Source: Azolla caroliniana (lineage: Eukaryota; Plantae; Polypodiophyta). From it: DNA of 64,000 nt. Location of the stretch: positions 5,952,001 to 6,016,000 of the forward strand of contig JBHGNT010000001.1 in assembly GCA_043228905.1 (NCBI GenBank). Reading direction: 5' to 3'. Numbering within the stretch: the stretch's first letter is position 1; every line of letters starts with the position of its first letter. This document shows positions 12,401 through 25,863 of the stretch, piece by piece. The notes under the pieces are model-generated. The model was not told the DNA's origin and did not search any database. It was given only the letters and a program-made list of their open reading frames with translations. The position numbers and the translations under genes are program-made.

Positions 12401-14317
12401 AATTATGTTTTGGTACAGAGTTACTTGCCACATTTCCGAGGGTATTGCAGCTGTACTTTACTCTGATTATTGGCGGTTGATCCGCTGATACGTCTCTCAA
12501 TGTTGAAGGAAAAGTTATTGAATCTCTTGTGAGACAATAGCTTACAATAACTCAATTATTTAACTATTGGGTATAGGACACGGTCCAATTATGAAGTAAG
12601 ACAGATGATCCTGTTTCTAATGGAGTTGTAGCTCATGACAGGCCTACGCATTTAACTGTTGGATGTACTGAGGTACCTGTAGGATAAATTTGCATCTATG
12701 ACCATCACACAATTATATACAGAGGTACCTCTCAGGTAAATTTGCATCTTTGATGATGTCACATGTGTTCATAGTAGCAGCATGGTTTGGTCATCCTCGG
12801 TCTTCTTAAGGCTCATGTCTCTTCTCTGTGACCACTTGTATTGAGGTATATCCTTTTTAAGTCAGTATTGGTAAGGGTATATTCCTTTAAGGTTAAATAA
12901 ACTCAATTGGTATCTCCCGTAGAGGGATACTTGAACCTGAAACCTAAAGGTAGCAACTCTGATTCATCACATTCAACATATTCCCATGGTTGATCTTTTC
13001 CACATGCTGCCATGCAGGATACTTATTGTGCATATAGTGGCTATCCTCCTTTAATTGTGTTGTATTTGATTCGATACAATACCTGTTTTGAAAGAGAAAA
13101 CCTTCTCAATTGTTTTCAGCATATGTCCTATGAGTAATTTGCCGTTATCACCATATCTTGAGGATATTAGCAATGTATAGCCTTGGTAATAAACCAAAGA
13201 TTTGGCTTATGTTGAAAGACACATGATTCACCTTTATCAAGAGAGTAAGTGGTCTATCTATTTACAATAATTTTAGATAAGTGAAAAAAAAACAAGGAAA
13301 AGTTTCGAATAGTGTAACACGTAAAATGAAACAAGTAATTTTTTAAACTAGTTCCAAATGACTAGACCTACGAGGGGGCTGTTAAATTAAGAACCGTGAC
13401 ATAGATTGCGATGAAAACTTTCATAGACGATTGATCTAATAGACACCAACATAGTTAAATAAGTATAACTCAACTCCAGATAAATGCAGCCAAGTGTCAT
13501 GAAGAAAACCCAATATATGGAACTAATTATATATGGTAGAAGATAGAAAATCAACATGAACTTTATTTTCTAGTAAAGTATGCTGATTAATGATAATAGG
13601 AAATTCAAGGCAAACTCCCTTAAAAGTTTTTCCTGTTTCATGAAATCACACTTGTCTCTAAAGCTAAATTAATGTCTTTTTTAAGAGGCCAAAATAGCCT
13701 ATGAAACCAAATGAGAGATTTCAAAACGTTACATCATTTTTGAAAACCACCACCCAAATAAATGTCATAAAGATTATAACTGCCTAAGGTACTTGGTGTC
13801 CTTGACAGCGCAGCGAAGCGCTTGCCATGCAAATTTTGTTACTCCCCCATTTCTGAACTATTAATGTTTCTGGAAGTTCCTAGATATTGGGAATTAAAAA
13901 GGTAATAGTTGAATCAATCCAGTTTTTGATTGCTTTTTGCTTTTCAAAAAAGTATTGTATGCTGTATCACACTATTCCATTTTGCGTATAATTATGTAGC
14001 ATGGTACACTGTGTTGTATCGCATTCACTCTTGTTTTTCTTATGTTGTCTCTTCATTTGATCTAATAATGGAAGAAATAAATGAAGGTCGTGCAAGATGT
14101 AAAGATCACTGTAACACAAGCGGTTGAACCAGTGGAGAAGGGAATAACAGCCTTGAATGAGAGACTTCAACAATTTCCATGGGCAACGACAGCCAACAAG
14201 GTTGGCGAGACTAATATTTCGGATGTTGGCATTGAAGAAGTAGAGAAAGAAAAACATGAGATTCATGTTCATCCATCATGTATTGAGGAATACCAAGAGA
14301 AACCAGCCACTTCTTGA
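2943..14317 (+). CDS. TMEM184/OSTA family membrane protein (LAZ1 homolog), 8 exons
   Basis: GT-AG exons joined in phase: 2943-3152, 4188-4244, 6252-6360, 7179-7363, 7710-7798, 11197-11458, 11536-11787, 14087-14317. Family-typical peptides: HLTSYTNPQEQKWLLGVVFMVPIYSVES, CDILRNCYEAFALY, KFGIVQYMILK, YPYITIILNFSQMWALYCLVQFY, PLAKFLCFKAIVFATWWQG, LQDFIICIEMAMAALAHRYVFP. Start uncertain (see finding at 2867). Confidence 0.92.
8972..9090 (-). repeat. Dispersed SINE/LINE-tail-like repeat (best copy; related copies near 1915, 3455, 4590, 4795, 13670)
   Basis: Shared motif ...ttaacgtcttttaagaggccaaaatggcctataagaccaaacaagagattacatctttaagtgttgtctcatctttgagaacaa..., often preceded on + by (GAAA)n or (GA)n, which reads as a microsatellite tail on -. 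Confidence 0.6.
9430..10170 (-). mobile_element. Two degenerate tandem copies of a LINE ORF2 C-terminal fragment (intron 5 of the LAZ1-like gene)
   Basis: Minus ORFs 9379-9639 and 9820-10044 share CHQGVESEE(H/Y)YV...FKQG...YEDQ...LKDNNTATQAH, resembling the C-terminal Cys/His region of RTE/L2-like LINEs. About 9450-9760 is duplicated at about 9830-10170. Confidence 0.5.
10360..10790 (+). pseudogene. Non-LTR (LINE) reverse transcriptase relic
   Basis: Frameshifted motifs VGVKQGCTLS (about GVKQGCPLS), YCFVDSGKP (about FVDFRKAFD) and ILPYTDDIVL (about YADD). Confidence 0.65.
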
Positions 14318-15862
14318 TAGTTGATTAATTATTTGAAGACATTGTTTGCATGGGTGCCAACAAATATGAAGTGTCCCTAGTGGAAAATATCACGTTTAGA
14401 TATTAGAGTAAACTGGATTTGCACTTGCAAAACACAACAAACATTTGAGTTTTAGGGCAAACTTAGACTCCAAGCAGTGTAACAAGTCTACTGTCATAAT
14501 GATATCCTTTCGTCCTGTGTATATACATGATAATTTGCAGGTGTTGCATAATAAATAATAGAGCAATGGCTGAACAGTGGCAAAGGCAATGTACTATTTC
14601 AAAATTTAATATCCCCAAATAGTGTGGTGTTGCATATTGTATGTAGTATATACTAGAGTGGACGACGTAGTGGCTAAAATAATATCCTGGTCTGCAATTT
14701 AATATTCACTGATTATTCAAAGGTGGTGCACAGTAAACTAGTTTTCTAGAGTATATACATGAGAAATGGCTGAACTATTGGTTAAAAGGTGTTACCCGTC
14801 CCTTCTCACAAGGACTGCCTATCATTAAAGCTGGAAAAGAAAGATGGAAGTGATCAATTGGTTGCCTCACTCTACAATTCTTGCATTGCATTTTGGTTTG
14901 ATTTTCCCTAGTTATGCTTGATTATAAGAGGTTTTGGTGTGCAAAGCAAGAACATTATAGTGAAATTTAGACTATGATGGTGATTGGAATCACATTAAGA
15001 GTCGGAATATATTTCATTATTGGCTTGGGGGTGGTTTCCAAATGGTAAGTTTTGACCACTTGAGACAAAGTTGGAACCGTGCAAGATCCTTGACACTTTG
15101 CTGGGACTTCATATCAATATTACCATTTTTACTCTCTCCATCTACTATTTATTTTGTTCTTATGATCTCTTGGATTTTATTTTGTTCCCATGATCTCTTG
15201 GATCTCTTATTGATTACTCACTATTACATTTACAATCAGTTATCACTGAACAGATGTTCTAGTTCTTCATCTAAACATTTACACATTCTTTGGGAGATTG
15301 TTGATTTACTACATAGATTTATCCCTTATTCTAGGATTTAACACAATGTCAACTAGCGAAAGTCGCGTAAGCATCATCCAAAGTGGAGCTAATAAATCTT
15401 TTAATCTCTGTTACAATGTATTCTTAGATATTTATGTTGAAACCATTGAAAATAAGTACTCAATGATGTATTATATTTGTCCATAACCTTGAATACTTGC
15501 AAGTTTCAATACTAAGTATATCTTACTTATTGGTCACAGCTCATTTATGCCAGCCACATTCCATAGGCATCCACTGCAATTCTAAAAAAGTTAAGTGTAG
15601 GAGTTTATTTATTCACGAGTCTAAGCTTTCGTACTTTTGTATGCTTCTGAGAATCATTTTATGGTAAGAGAGTAAAATGTAACTTTGAAGTGGTTCCAAT
15701 TATTGCTGAGAATGATGTCACTTTTTCCGAATGTCGTTTCAAATTTCACCGTCTTGTTAGTTCTGGAAAATCAATTTGCTCACTAAGAATTTGTTCTCTT
15801 GACTAAAATAAGAGGCTTGGTCATACTGTTAGATCAAATGATTAACCAACCAAATTATTCAA

Positions 15863-17409
15863 CTACGTGAGGTTTGCTGGAGAATGACAATGATCATACA
15901 TCGAGAGAAATTTTGGATCTCGAAGAAGCCTATCCATGCTTGATTGGCCTAAAGCCATGCATATGTCGATCCCACCATGTGAACCTGGAAAAAGCACAAG
16001 CTCACCAGCTCTTGTCACACTGGCAGGGCGGACAGCCACAGGTTTACCCCACCCGAAATTGACCCCGTACACATCGAATTTGGGAGAGCTAACCACACGC
16101 ATCGTCGATGATTCATCCCATTGGATCCTCTCTCCAAATGTGTTTCCATTGAGCTCTAGCCAATGTATCATAGGCCACACTCTTGCCTCATCACAATCTT
16201 TTGCTGTGTTGTGTATCATGAAAGCTATGTCACCCAAGTCTTTGTTCATTAGGTCACAAGATGTGGTACTGGAGAGGGCAAACATGACGGCATTTCCGAA
16301 GTACGCTGGGCCCAAGGGAGGAGTCACACGCCATCTCATGTCACCAAAGACGGAAATCCTTACTATTTTGTTCTCTTCTAAGTTACGAGCTTTGGTCACA
16401 TGTTTCCACAAATGAGCACAAAGTAGTTCGTATGGATTGAACACACGTGACATGTTGGGATGAACTCTGGCACACTTTTGGAGAGAATCGAGTTGGGCAT
16501 GGCTTAAATGGAAGAGCTTCTCGACAAGTTGTGATGTTTTCGGCTTTTGTTGTTGTTCGATGACATTTGCATCTTGGCTGGCAAGGGGTAGATTCATGTG
16601 GCTTGCGATTTCGGTAGAGGGCTTATCAACTTTGAAGAACATGCGGTCATGTATAGGAAGAGAACTAATCGGATCACCCCGAGTGACATTGGCCCATGAG
16701 TTCATGAAATGCCAAAGAGAATGCTCATCTGCCACGACATGGCTATGTGCAAACCCCAAGGCTAAACCTCCACATGAAAACTTGGTAACCTAATGCGAAT
16801 CAATGTTGATGCCAGTACCATTGGCAAAATGAGAGTCAACACCAAATGTGAGGTTCAATGTCGACTCAAAAGGATAAACCTAATAAGAAAGGGTCATAAA
16901 CAATGTATAATAAAATGCACCTGGATTGATAGAAGGGCCAGGTCATTGATGTTAGAGTGATGGCCGTCGATGACGGGAGACTCCTTAACTAGGTTATCAA
17001 AGTTGGGGCAAGGCGGGAAATCATTGTTGGGGAAAGCATGTGAGAGGGGTGATCCAACTGAAGCAACCACAAATTCGACACCTTGGACATTGGAGTCACT
17101 GCAATCGATACTTAATCGGCCATCATGGTCGAAGAAGAGCCTCCCCGCGAGAGGATAGAAATGGCCGAGCGTCTCCGATAAGCTAAGCTTAAGTTTTTGC
17201 ACAATGCAATCTTGCACTTGGTGATGTTGACCACCACCACTACTCGCTGAATCGTAGAAGAGGAGCCTCCTATTGTAAGTGAACTCACTCCAAAATAGAT
17301 CTAAGCTACTAAGGTATAGATGATGGGTCTTGTTATTCATGTGTGGTGGCTTCACATACCCTACCTCTTCTACTATAACCTCCATTATTCCATCACTCCT
17401 TAGTTCCAT
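15863..17409 (-). CDS. BAHD (HXXXD) acyltransferase, 2 exons
   Basis: Exons 17409-16921 and 16789-15863 with the conserved intron after Q (LSIQ|VTKFSCGG). Motifs LSETLGHFYPLAGRL, HVVAD, YFGNA and NFGWG (DFGWG variant). Confidence 0.93.
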
Positions 17410-20378
17410 TTCTACAGCTCTTCTAGATCCTTCACCTCGTTAACACTTGATTGCAGGGTCTAGAATTGATATCTTATTTATTGTTAGGGATGTACTGTGC
17501 TAGAGTAGGGCAATAGCTACTTTCCTCTTCCGACAACCTTTTTGGAAGTATCGGACCTTTTAAACTATGAGATCTGTGACCGCATGTCATTTGCACGATC
17601 ATGCATGCACTTTCTCCTTATATTCTTGGGGTTGTTTCCATTTCCTTCTTGAATATTCTCCTCTATTGATCATGCGTGACCCTGTTTCCCATGATATTTT
17701 ATATCCAGTTCTCACTTGTGGCAATATCCCTCGACCACAAATTTAGAGACTTTACGCCCAACACATTATCCCACCGAAAACGAGTGTCCACATGTACACA
17801 CTCTCTCATGACTTGAAACAAAACCTTTTCTCCATCTCTTTTCTTTCGCAGCTCATAGGATTAGGGCTATTTGGTTTCCGAGCTTCCAAGCAACTTTATC
17901 TCATGTCATCCATTCGTGTCATATGGAATTAAAGTTTACATAATGGATTTCTTAGGCTTCACAAAAATCCTTATATCTTCAAAATAAGGAGAGAAAGTTT
18001 ACAAAATAGAGCAAGAAGACTAGTTTGAGAATTTAGAAAAACCAGGGATATTGAGATTTTCACAAAATCAGGGGTATTATTTCAGGATGCTGCTATTTGG
18101 GGGATCTTTTGAAAACATAGAAGTATTTGGTAGATCTTCCCAATCAAAAGATGAAAGTTGAACCATGAAATATAAAGCTAAAATTGATTGCTTTTCACAA
18201 GCAAAGCTTTACATGTAGGTGAAAGAGTAGAGGAAATTAACCACAATTGTTTTCATAAAAGTAGTATATGTATGAATAACAACATGGAATTACAAGTAAT
18301 CGATGCCATCCCCACAACAATAGTGAGGATCTTATGACAAGTTAAGTTGTCTCATATGTTATTAAGACTACTTGACCAAATAGGTTCTCTGATCCTCCAT
18401 CCATAAGTGCAAACAAAAAACATCCACTAGTCATGACGATGTCATGGATTATATGTACCAAAGCTTCAACACCACATAAAATCATTTGAGTTAAATTTGT
18501 CACACCATGATGATAGAAGCATTAGTCTCAATAGTGAACCTCAACAATACATTTTTAGACCATGCCGCCTCAAAGAGTTTCATGAAAGGCAATCTCAGTC
18601 TGAAAGAGAATGGTGACAATAAAACAATGGTTAAACAACAGTGGCCTCAATATTGAGAACGTATGCCACTCTTCCATATGCTTCTCCACAATGATAAACG
18701 AAAAAACAAGACATTGCCGCAAAACATAAGGCATCTCTATACCCAAAACACATGGGAGCATCTTATGACAATGATGACATGCTACAAAGATAATTTCATG
18801 AGCTTCTCAAATGATGGATTCATACATGTATGTCCATTGTCTACATGCCCAACAATGTTTGAAAAACAATAGGCCAGCTTAACATTTCCGGGAGCAAATA
18901 AGAATTTAGTGAAATCACAGTAAAAATCATTTGTTTTACTCATACATCTACAAGTACATGAATAAAAGTGCAAGAAATATTCATAAATAATATAAAATTT
19001 ATGAGAGCAATTTTTTTGAAGTGAAATCACAATAAAAACCATTTGTTTCACTCATAGTTCTACAAGATGTGAATATAAGTGCAAGAAACATAAGTTATAA
19101 ACAAATTATGACTCAGTAGAGGTTTATTTGGTAGAAGGGTTTGATCATAGACAGCAAGCAATGGGTGGTATGTAAGCTGAAATTCTCCCATTTCTCTTCA
19201 GATAAATACGAGTATCATAAACAATATTTCTCCCAAATTGCATTTTTTCAATCGAATGCAATTCAAATGGGGTATACACTTTGTGTTGTCATACAACTCA
19301 AAATGGAGAAACTTTCTATAAATTGGCACATTGTTACATTGTCAAAATGGATAACAACCTTAATAAGAGATCCAAGGCCATAAATGTCACTCCAGTTTAC
19401 ACAATATATGCACACATTAGGGGCATGCAAGATATGTTTGCCAATCCGAAACACAAACTTTTATCTAGCATTTCCAAACTTGCAAGAGTCTTTCACCTCG
19501 ATTACTTAGAACTGAAGAACAACATTTTAGGGTGGGGGTGGGAAACGAAATGTACCGCAGTCATGAAAGATACGAGAAACTAAAGAGATAACACAAAAAG
19601 AAAAACCAGAAAGATATAATTCATTCACTCAAACCACTTCTGTGGGATAGCTTCTACAGAGCCGCTGTGACTGTCCCATTTGTCACCAGAGGGCCTTGGC
19701 ATATATGAAATGGCCATTTGACAATGAGAACCATCAATCTGATCAGAAAACATTCGTTTTACATTTTCCTGTCATATTTGGTGTCTATTTATCAGGCAAT
19801 TTCTAGTGCTACATAGCATCACCTTTTAGTTATTTCTTTATGCCTTTCTTTTACTGTTCTTTTAGATTTTACAGGTTCATGGGAGCTATTAGCAGATTGT
19901 TTTTCATTTTGGAAGAAAACCTGTTTGCGTTAATCTTCCACTCAATTGACTCAGAAGGCTCTTTTAAGATTGAATTCTAACCATGCGATCTTCACCTGCT
20001 ACAGTTTACAGTCAAAAGCACTTTGAACACTATGGAAACCCAAAATTGGTGTATTCACTACTCTCAACCAGCTATAGAGCGGCGAAATCTAGCTTATGAA
20101 TGTTAAGGACAGGTATTCGATGTTTCGACAGACAGACAATGGACGCAACCCTGTGTCACTCAGGTGTTCTTGGCTTACATTCCCTTCTTTTACTCAACTC
20201 CTTTGTTGGAGAAAACAATGCAAAACTCAGTCTTGTAAATAAAGCCACAAGTCAAATGAATGAAAGCACATAAAACGTTTTCTTCTAACAGATAGTGCAA
20301 ACCTGCTACAGTCAAACATGCAAAAATCAAAATTTTTCCTTTATGAAAAATCGCTTGAATATTATATGGCTTGATGAA

Positions 20379-21359
20379 TTAATCAAGATCAAAGCACAAT
20401 TTAGCCTCATCCCAAGGTCCATTGATCTCAAATTTATATTCCTGAATCCTTATAAGCCAGTAAGGGCAAACAAGCATTATGAATATCACAACCGCCACAA
20501 ATAAGACTAACACAAGGCGGTTAAGAGGGAGAATCAATCCCATTGTAACAACAATAAGCATACAAGAGAACCCAAGATGCAATTTCACGGAGTATCTCTT
20601 GATGCATCGAGTGACAAGTGGGAACAAAAGAAAAAACTCAGACGAGAAGAGCATCAATGCGAACACGAGAAGACCCGACGGAAGCCTCGAGGCAATCAGA
20701 ACCGATGCAACGATTGATGCATTAAGCGATACATTTCCACTCAATGTTGTGGGTTTCTTTACTGTGAGTTTCGGATTGAATTCTGATGGACTCCTCATTG
20801 TTGGAGGTCGGATTGAAGAAGAAGATGACGAATCGATGTAATCAATATAATCATGAAAAGAAAGATGTATCATTAGGAGACATACCGTGAGCGCCCATAT
20901 TGAATCCGAGCTTATTGAGCTTGTAAGCGTTTGGAAAACGGGGGCCAATACATATAAGCCACTAACAAAGTATGTGAAATAGAGAGCATATCTGTATAAT
21001 ACTGGTGTCGAGATGCTTGGCGATGTGAGAAGAAGAACAACGAACCCGATGAAGAATAGAACCGTGTCCAAAATGAGAAGAAGAGAGGCATCGAGGACAC
21101 CATTGAGGGAATAAGCCCATACCGAAGCCACCATGGCGACAACACATACATATTGAGATATGGCAACTGAGTCTCTGATGGCTGTCCAAGTGTCTCTCTT
21201 CACTACATTAGCATTCATGACCATGGCTTCTAAAAAGGATGAGTCTGTGTGATTGTCTTGGAAGCCAGGTTGCATACCTCCATAGACCACCTTCTTCCAT
21301 TTCGAAGACGACGACGATGATGATGGGCATGTCCCCTGTTCTTCTGTCTTCTCCATCAT
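20379..21359 (-). CDS. PIGC: Phosphatidylinositol N-acetylglucosaminyltransferase subunit C (GPI2), intronless
   Basis: 326-aa ORF with WKKVVYGGMQPGFQDNHTDSSFL, LAPVFQTLTSSISSDSIW, SLNASIVASVLIASRL and C-terminal KFEINGPWDEAK. Confidence 0.95.
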   Translation of the reverse strand: MMEKTEEQGTCPSSSSSSSKWKKVVYGGMQPGFQDNHTDSSFLEAMVMNANVVKRDTWTAIRDSVAISQYVCVVAMVASVWAYSLNGVLDASLLLILDTVLFFIGFVVLLLTSPSISTPVLYRYALYFTYFVSGLYVLAPVFQTLTSSISSDSIWALTVCLLMIHLSFHDYIDYIDSSSSSSIRPPTMRSPSEFNPKLTVKKPTTLSGNVSLNASIVASVLIASRLPSGLLVFALMLFSSEFFLLFPLVTRCIKRYSVKLHLGFSCMLIVVTMGLILPLNRLVLVLFVAVVIFIMLVCPYWLIRIQEYKFEINGPWDEAKLCFDLD

Positions 21360-23696
21360 TTTCTTCCTTTGTTTTTGTTCTTCTCTCTCAGAGAGAGAGA
21401 GAGAGAGAGAGAGAATTCATTCAGTTGGGCGGTTTCACACCTGAAAAGCGACCACTTGAAGAAGAAAGTAGGAGAATACATACATACACACACACATACA
21501 TGATACATACATACTTGAAAGAAGTGTCTACCTCTAAGACTCTTAACAACAAGCTCAAGTAAAGTAACAAACATGTAGATGGTAAGACCCACCGAATGTT
21601 TCGATCCCGCCCCTCCTCCTCGTGAAATCTCTATCTCTCCTTAATCGATTGGACAATATCTTGTATGCCCACTATTTCTGATGATTCCATGCCACTTCAT
21701 AGCATACATTTATGTGTCTGTGGACCGTCATTCCACTCCGAACCAGACTTTTAAAGTCGAGTTTGCATACATGTCCCATGTGGCACAAAATCATCATTTG
21801 CAAATGAAATGTGGAAGTGAGTTGAATTGCCATCCAACTTAGAGAATCAAAAATGTCCAATCATTGTGCATCCATTGATTCATATATGGCCAGTTCAAAA
21901 ATGCTCAGAAATTGATTGGTGTGCCTTTGTGTTGACTTCTACATTCTTTTTGTCAACTTGATATATTCTTGTCCAATAGTATAAGTTGGCATGTACACTT
22001 GCTCACCTCACATGCTCCACAATCAACGATATTGTGTTGCATCATCATGGAGCTTAGTGTAAGCGTTCGGTCTAAAACCAACCCTAGAGATAGGTTGCTT
22101 GGAAAAAAACATGTATGGTAATGCGGGACAAAATCATTGGGCTTAAAAAATGTGGCCAATGTGCTTCATCTATGTTTTGTTGTACTATTTCCTCATGGTA
22201 CTAAAAATTGTCCTCATATTCTTTTCATGCTATTGCTCCTAATAAAATCCATGGTTTGTTTGCTTGTTCAAAGTATACCTTGGTTTGCTAGTTCAAAGTC
22301 TAACTAGGATTGGATTGTTGACGTCACCTTTAAAGGGTAATATTTGTGTCTTCCTCCTACAAAAAAATGTTGATATCAAGCTTTACCTCCATCCCTTTAG
22401 GAGCAAGCAATTAGAGTGCATTATCTTAAATTAAAATTTATAAAGTTTTTTTTATTGTGAGACATGAACATAACCGGCCTTAATGTTGAACAGCACAAGC
22501 TTTCACATTGCAAAACTAGGAAATTTCTATAGATCTCAAAGTTCATTAATATCCGGCATGTTAAGAGCCTTGTGATTTGAGATTATCTCTCAAAGCTAGA
22601 AAATACAGTAGTAAACCACGTGTCTCTTACATGGTACAATTGGATTAAGCAAAAGGAAAATATCATTTAGTATGTATTTAAAATGATCATGACACTAGTA
22701 AACCACGTGTCTCCTACATTGTACAATTGGAATAAGCAAAAGGAACATTGGTAGCCTCTACCTAATAAACGTTTTCTGAATTTGCTTAAACTTTTGACTA
22801 ATCTTCTAAAAACACATTGAAAATGTGAATGTTTACGACAAGAATCTCTCGCACGCACAAGACTGGTCTAACTAGATTTTAGGTAATAGTTTGACAATTC
22901 CAGCTCTTTTCGCGAGATCGATTCTCTCTTCCATAAAATAAGAAGCTTAATTCATTTTGTATTTAACTTTCAAAACTTTGTCAAAAGATAACACTTTGTA
23001 GAACATACAGCAATCAACCATCAACACCATGAAGCTATGCTCTTGCAATCAGTTTTTTTAACAACTGGTTGGAAAATAACATATCGCAAATCTTGATCTT
23101 TCTCTTTAAAATTGCTATAGATTTGTGATGCAGCATTTCATGCGTGCGAAGGAAAATTCACAATTAGTAAAGAACATTTTCATTGATAGAGTCGGAAAGG
23201 GTTCAAATTGATCACAAACGCACTCCCACATAAATGCATTCATTCATGTGGCCTCAGAGATGGCAAGGATGATACAATATAAATGCACATAAAATCAATA
23301 CAAAATATACGTCAGAATGTTAGTTTTCATACAAAACAAGGAAAGCTCCACACACATGAAAAAAGGTTATTCATGATTTGCGAGGATAGTAGTATACAAC
23401 CAAATGGTTTGTCTTTCCTCCCTTGAAGTTTGCACAAACATACATGATATTGGGGCCTACAAAATGACTAAGGATCTTGGGAGAAATATGTTGGTCCTTG
23501 GGGAGTACAATATTTCTTTGACCTCTGGAAATCACACTTTCCATCTTAGAAACTAGAGGTGAATGAATGGAAGAACTTCCCATCAGCTTCACCAATAATC
23601 ATCACCAACCAATTGCATAAACATATCATACCTCGTTCGACTTTTTCGAATGCAAGTCATAACACAAAGTTATGCACAGGTAAATCTTCCTTTAAG

Positions 23697-25602
23697 TTAT
23701 AAGATCGAGAGCCCGAACAGCTCGCCAGCCAATATCGCGATCCCCACAGAGATGGCAACCAAGGAAGAGATCCATGAAAGGTGTTCCGTTATCCTCGGGA
23801 CTTTCTTTTGCAATGCATGGCTACATGTCCCCAGAAATGCAGTATATCCACTCATTGCCAAAACTGTGCCAAACAAGAACATACCAAGAAAAGCCGCTCC
23901 AGCGAGCCGCGAAGGAAGAGCAAGGGCAGGAAGAATCATAATGAGAGCATCAGGTTGGAGGCCATGAACTATGCCAGTGGCAAACGTGGCAAATCCTACA
24001 TTCTTCTTCGCTCCACTCATTGATCCTGAGGATAAAGGTGGGTATAACTCATTCATGTTTCCAGCTAACAAAGGAATCGACGATGCTGCCTCTTGCGCTT
24101 CTTTGATTCCAACAATTCCAATTGTCAGCAAAGTGACCCCTACCACTCGAGCTCCCCATGTCCGTAATATTTCTATATGAAGCTTATCTTTCAGCAAAAG
24201 AAATAGAATGCCAAAGATAACTTGGCCAGCATCATGTCCACATCCCCAAAGAGCCCCAACAGACACACTTTCGAGCCACGATCTGCCAATTGATAGAGGA
24301 GCTAATGCTGCCAGATGATCCGGCCCCGTTAAAGTGTGAAGGCACCCAGCCATGAGACCCATCCACGCACTTACCAACAGATCTCTTCCGCTACTTGTAG
24401 AGTTAGCTACACTTGGGAGGGTGATTGATGAACTTGCAATCGCGGACCGTGACCCCGTTAGTGTCACTAAGGCAAGAGGTATGGCTATTGATAATACAGC
24501 TTTCACCACCTGTTTTGATTTTCAAAACAGTAACGCCTTTAGATGAAAGCAAATGTGACAATTGTAATCATCAGGAGGAAAAGAGTTGTGGCAACCATAA
24601 AAACCCATATCAGAACCTCCACATAATCAAATTCACAGGAAGTCTTAGGTATCTTATCACAACACCACCACATAATGCTTTAACATTGGCGGGAACAAAT
24701 GAAGTAGAATGAGATGGGTCTAAATACCGACATGGATAACAAATAAAAAGTCTAGTTTGAGCAATGGAAGGAAAACATGAGAGGAACAAAAATGCACTTC
24801 AATTTCCCATTTGGGAATATATGGTAAAACTTGGGCGATGGAGGGGAAACAAGAGGGAAACAAATGGGCTCCCATATAGGATTAAAAAAAAAAAAAAAAC
24901 TTAATCATTGTGCTGAATACTTCAAAATCATCCACATAGGGTTATTGACTAGGGCTTCAAAAAATCACCCAAACCAGAGAATGGTAGAAAAAGAAAAACA
25001 TTTCTTGTACAAGACTTCCAAATCACACAAAATCTCGTGTTCAATCAAGCCTACGAAAAAACATTCAAATAAACACTTCTTGTAAAAGGAAAAAAACGCA
25101 TGGAACAATTTGTAAAGGCATACAAAAAATCATTCATGAAAGAGTGAGAAATTTGAGGAGAGAAAAATGAAATTTGATAGATAAAAAAAAGGCAAAAGAT
25201 GAACAAAATAATACCTTGAAAAAAGAGATGGTCAAAAACACTCATCAAGACATGGGAAAATGTGAACATTTACACAGAAATGAAGTAAAATTGAATAAAA
25301 CCAGATGAACTAGAATAGGGGCAACGTACCTTTTTAGCAAAGTCTCCATGATTCCAATCATCTTCTGTGCTCAGACTAGCATTAGAAATCGCAGCCGGAC
25401 GCATGCGATTCATGTCTTTTAGAGAAAGAAGACCAGTATGTAGAGGTTTCATTCGAGGAGGAAATCGGCACCGTCGGATCATCGCGGCCGAGGATCTGGG
25501 AAGAGGAAGGAGGCGCGCAGGAGGGAGGAAAGGGTTGCTACCCACCAATTTGGCATGATGTGGGGAGGGGTGAGAGACCCGGAGCTGCGAGGAGCAGATC
25601 AT
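23697..25602 (-). CDS. Chloroplast protein for growth and fertility (CGF)-like, NiCoT/HupE-UreJ-like membrane protein, 2 exons
   Basis: Exon 1 25602-25330 (Ser/Arg/Pro-rich transit-peptide-like, AAG|GTACGT) joins exon 2 24509-23697 in phase 0. Motifs GCLHTLTGPDHLAALAPL, WGCGHDAGQ and GIVHGLQPDA. Confidence 0.9.
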
Positions 25603-25822
25603 TCTGTTGTGCGGAGGAAAGATTTGGAGAGAGGCAGAGGCAGAGGCAGAGGCAGAGGGTGGGTGCAGGGATGAAGGAAGGAAGGAAGGAAGGAAGGAAG
25701 GAGATATGGAGCAGGAGCAGGGGAAGGCAGAGACAGAGAAACAGAGACAGAAAAGAAGAAGAAGATGAAGAAGAAGATGATGATAGACATTTTTTTAGTT
25801 GAAGAAAATGTGAGTGGGGCGA

Positions 25823-25863
25823 CGCCACGTCAGCGCTCTGCCAAAGGGTGCCGCCACGTCAGC
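25823..25863. promoter_or_regulatory. Pair of ACGT-core bZIP elements (CGCCACGTCAGC x2) upstream of the CGF-like gene
   Basis: Identical 12-mers at 25823-25834 and 25852-25863, about 220-260 bp upstream of the ATG. Confidence 0.6.
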
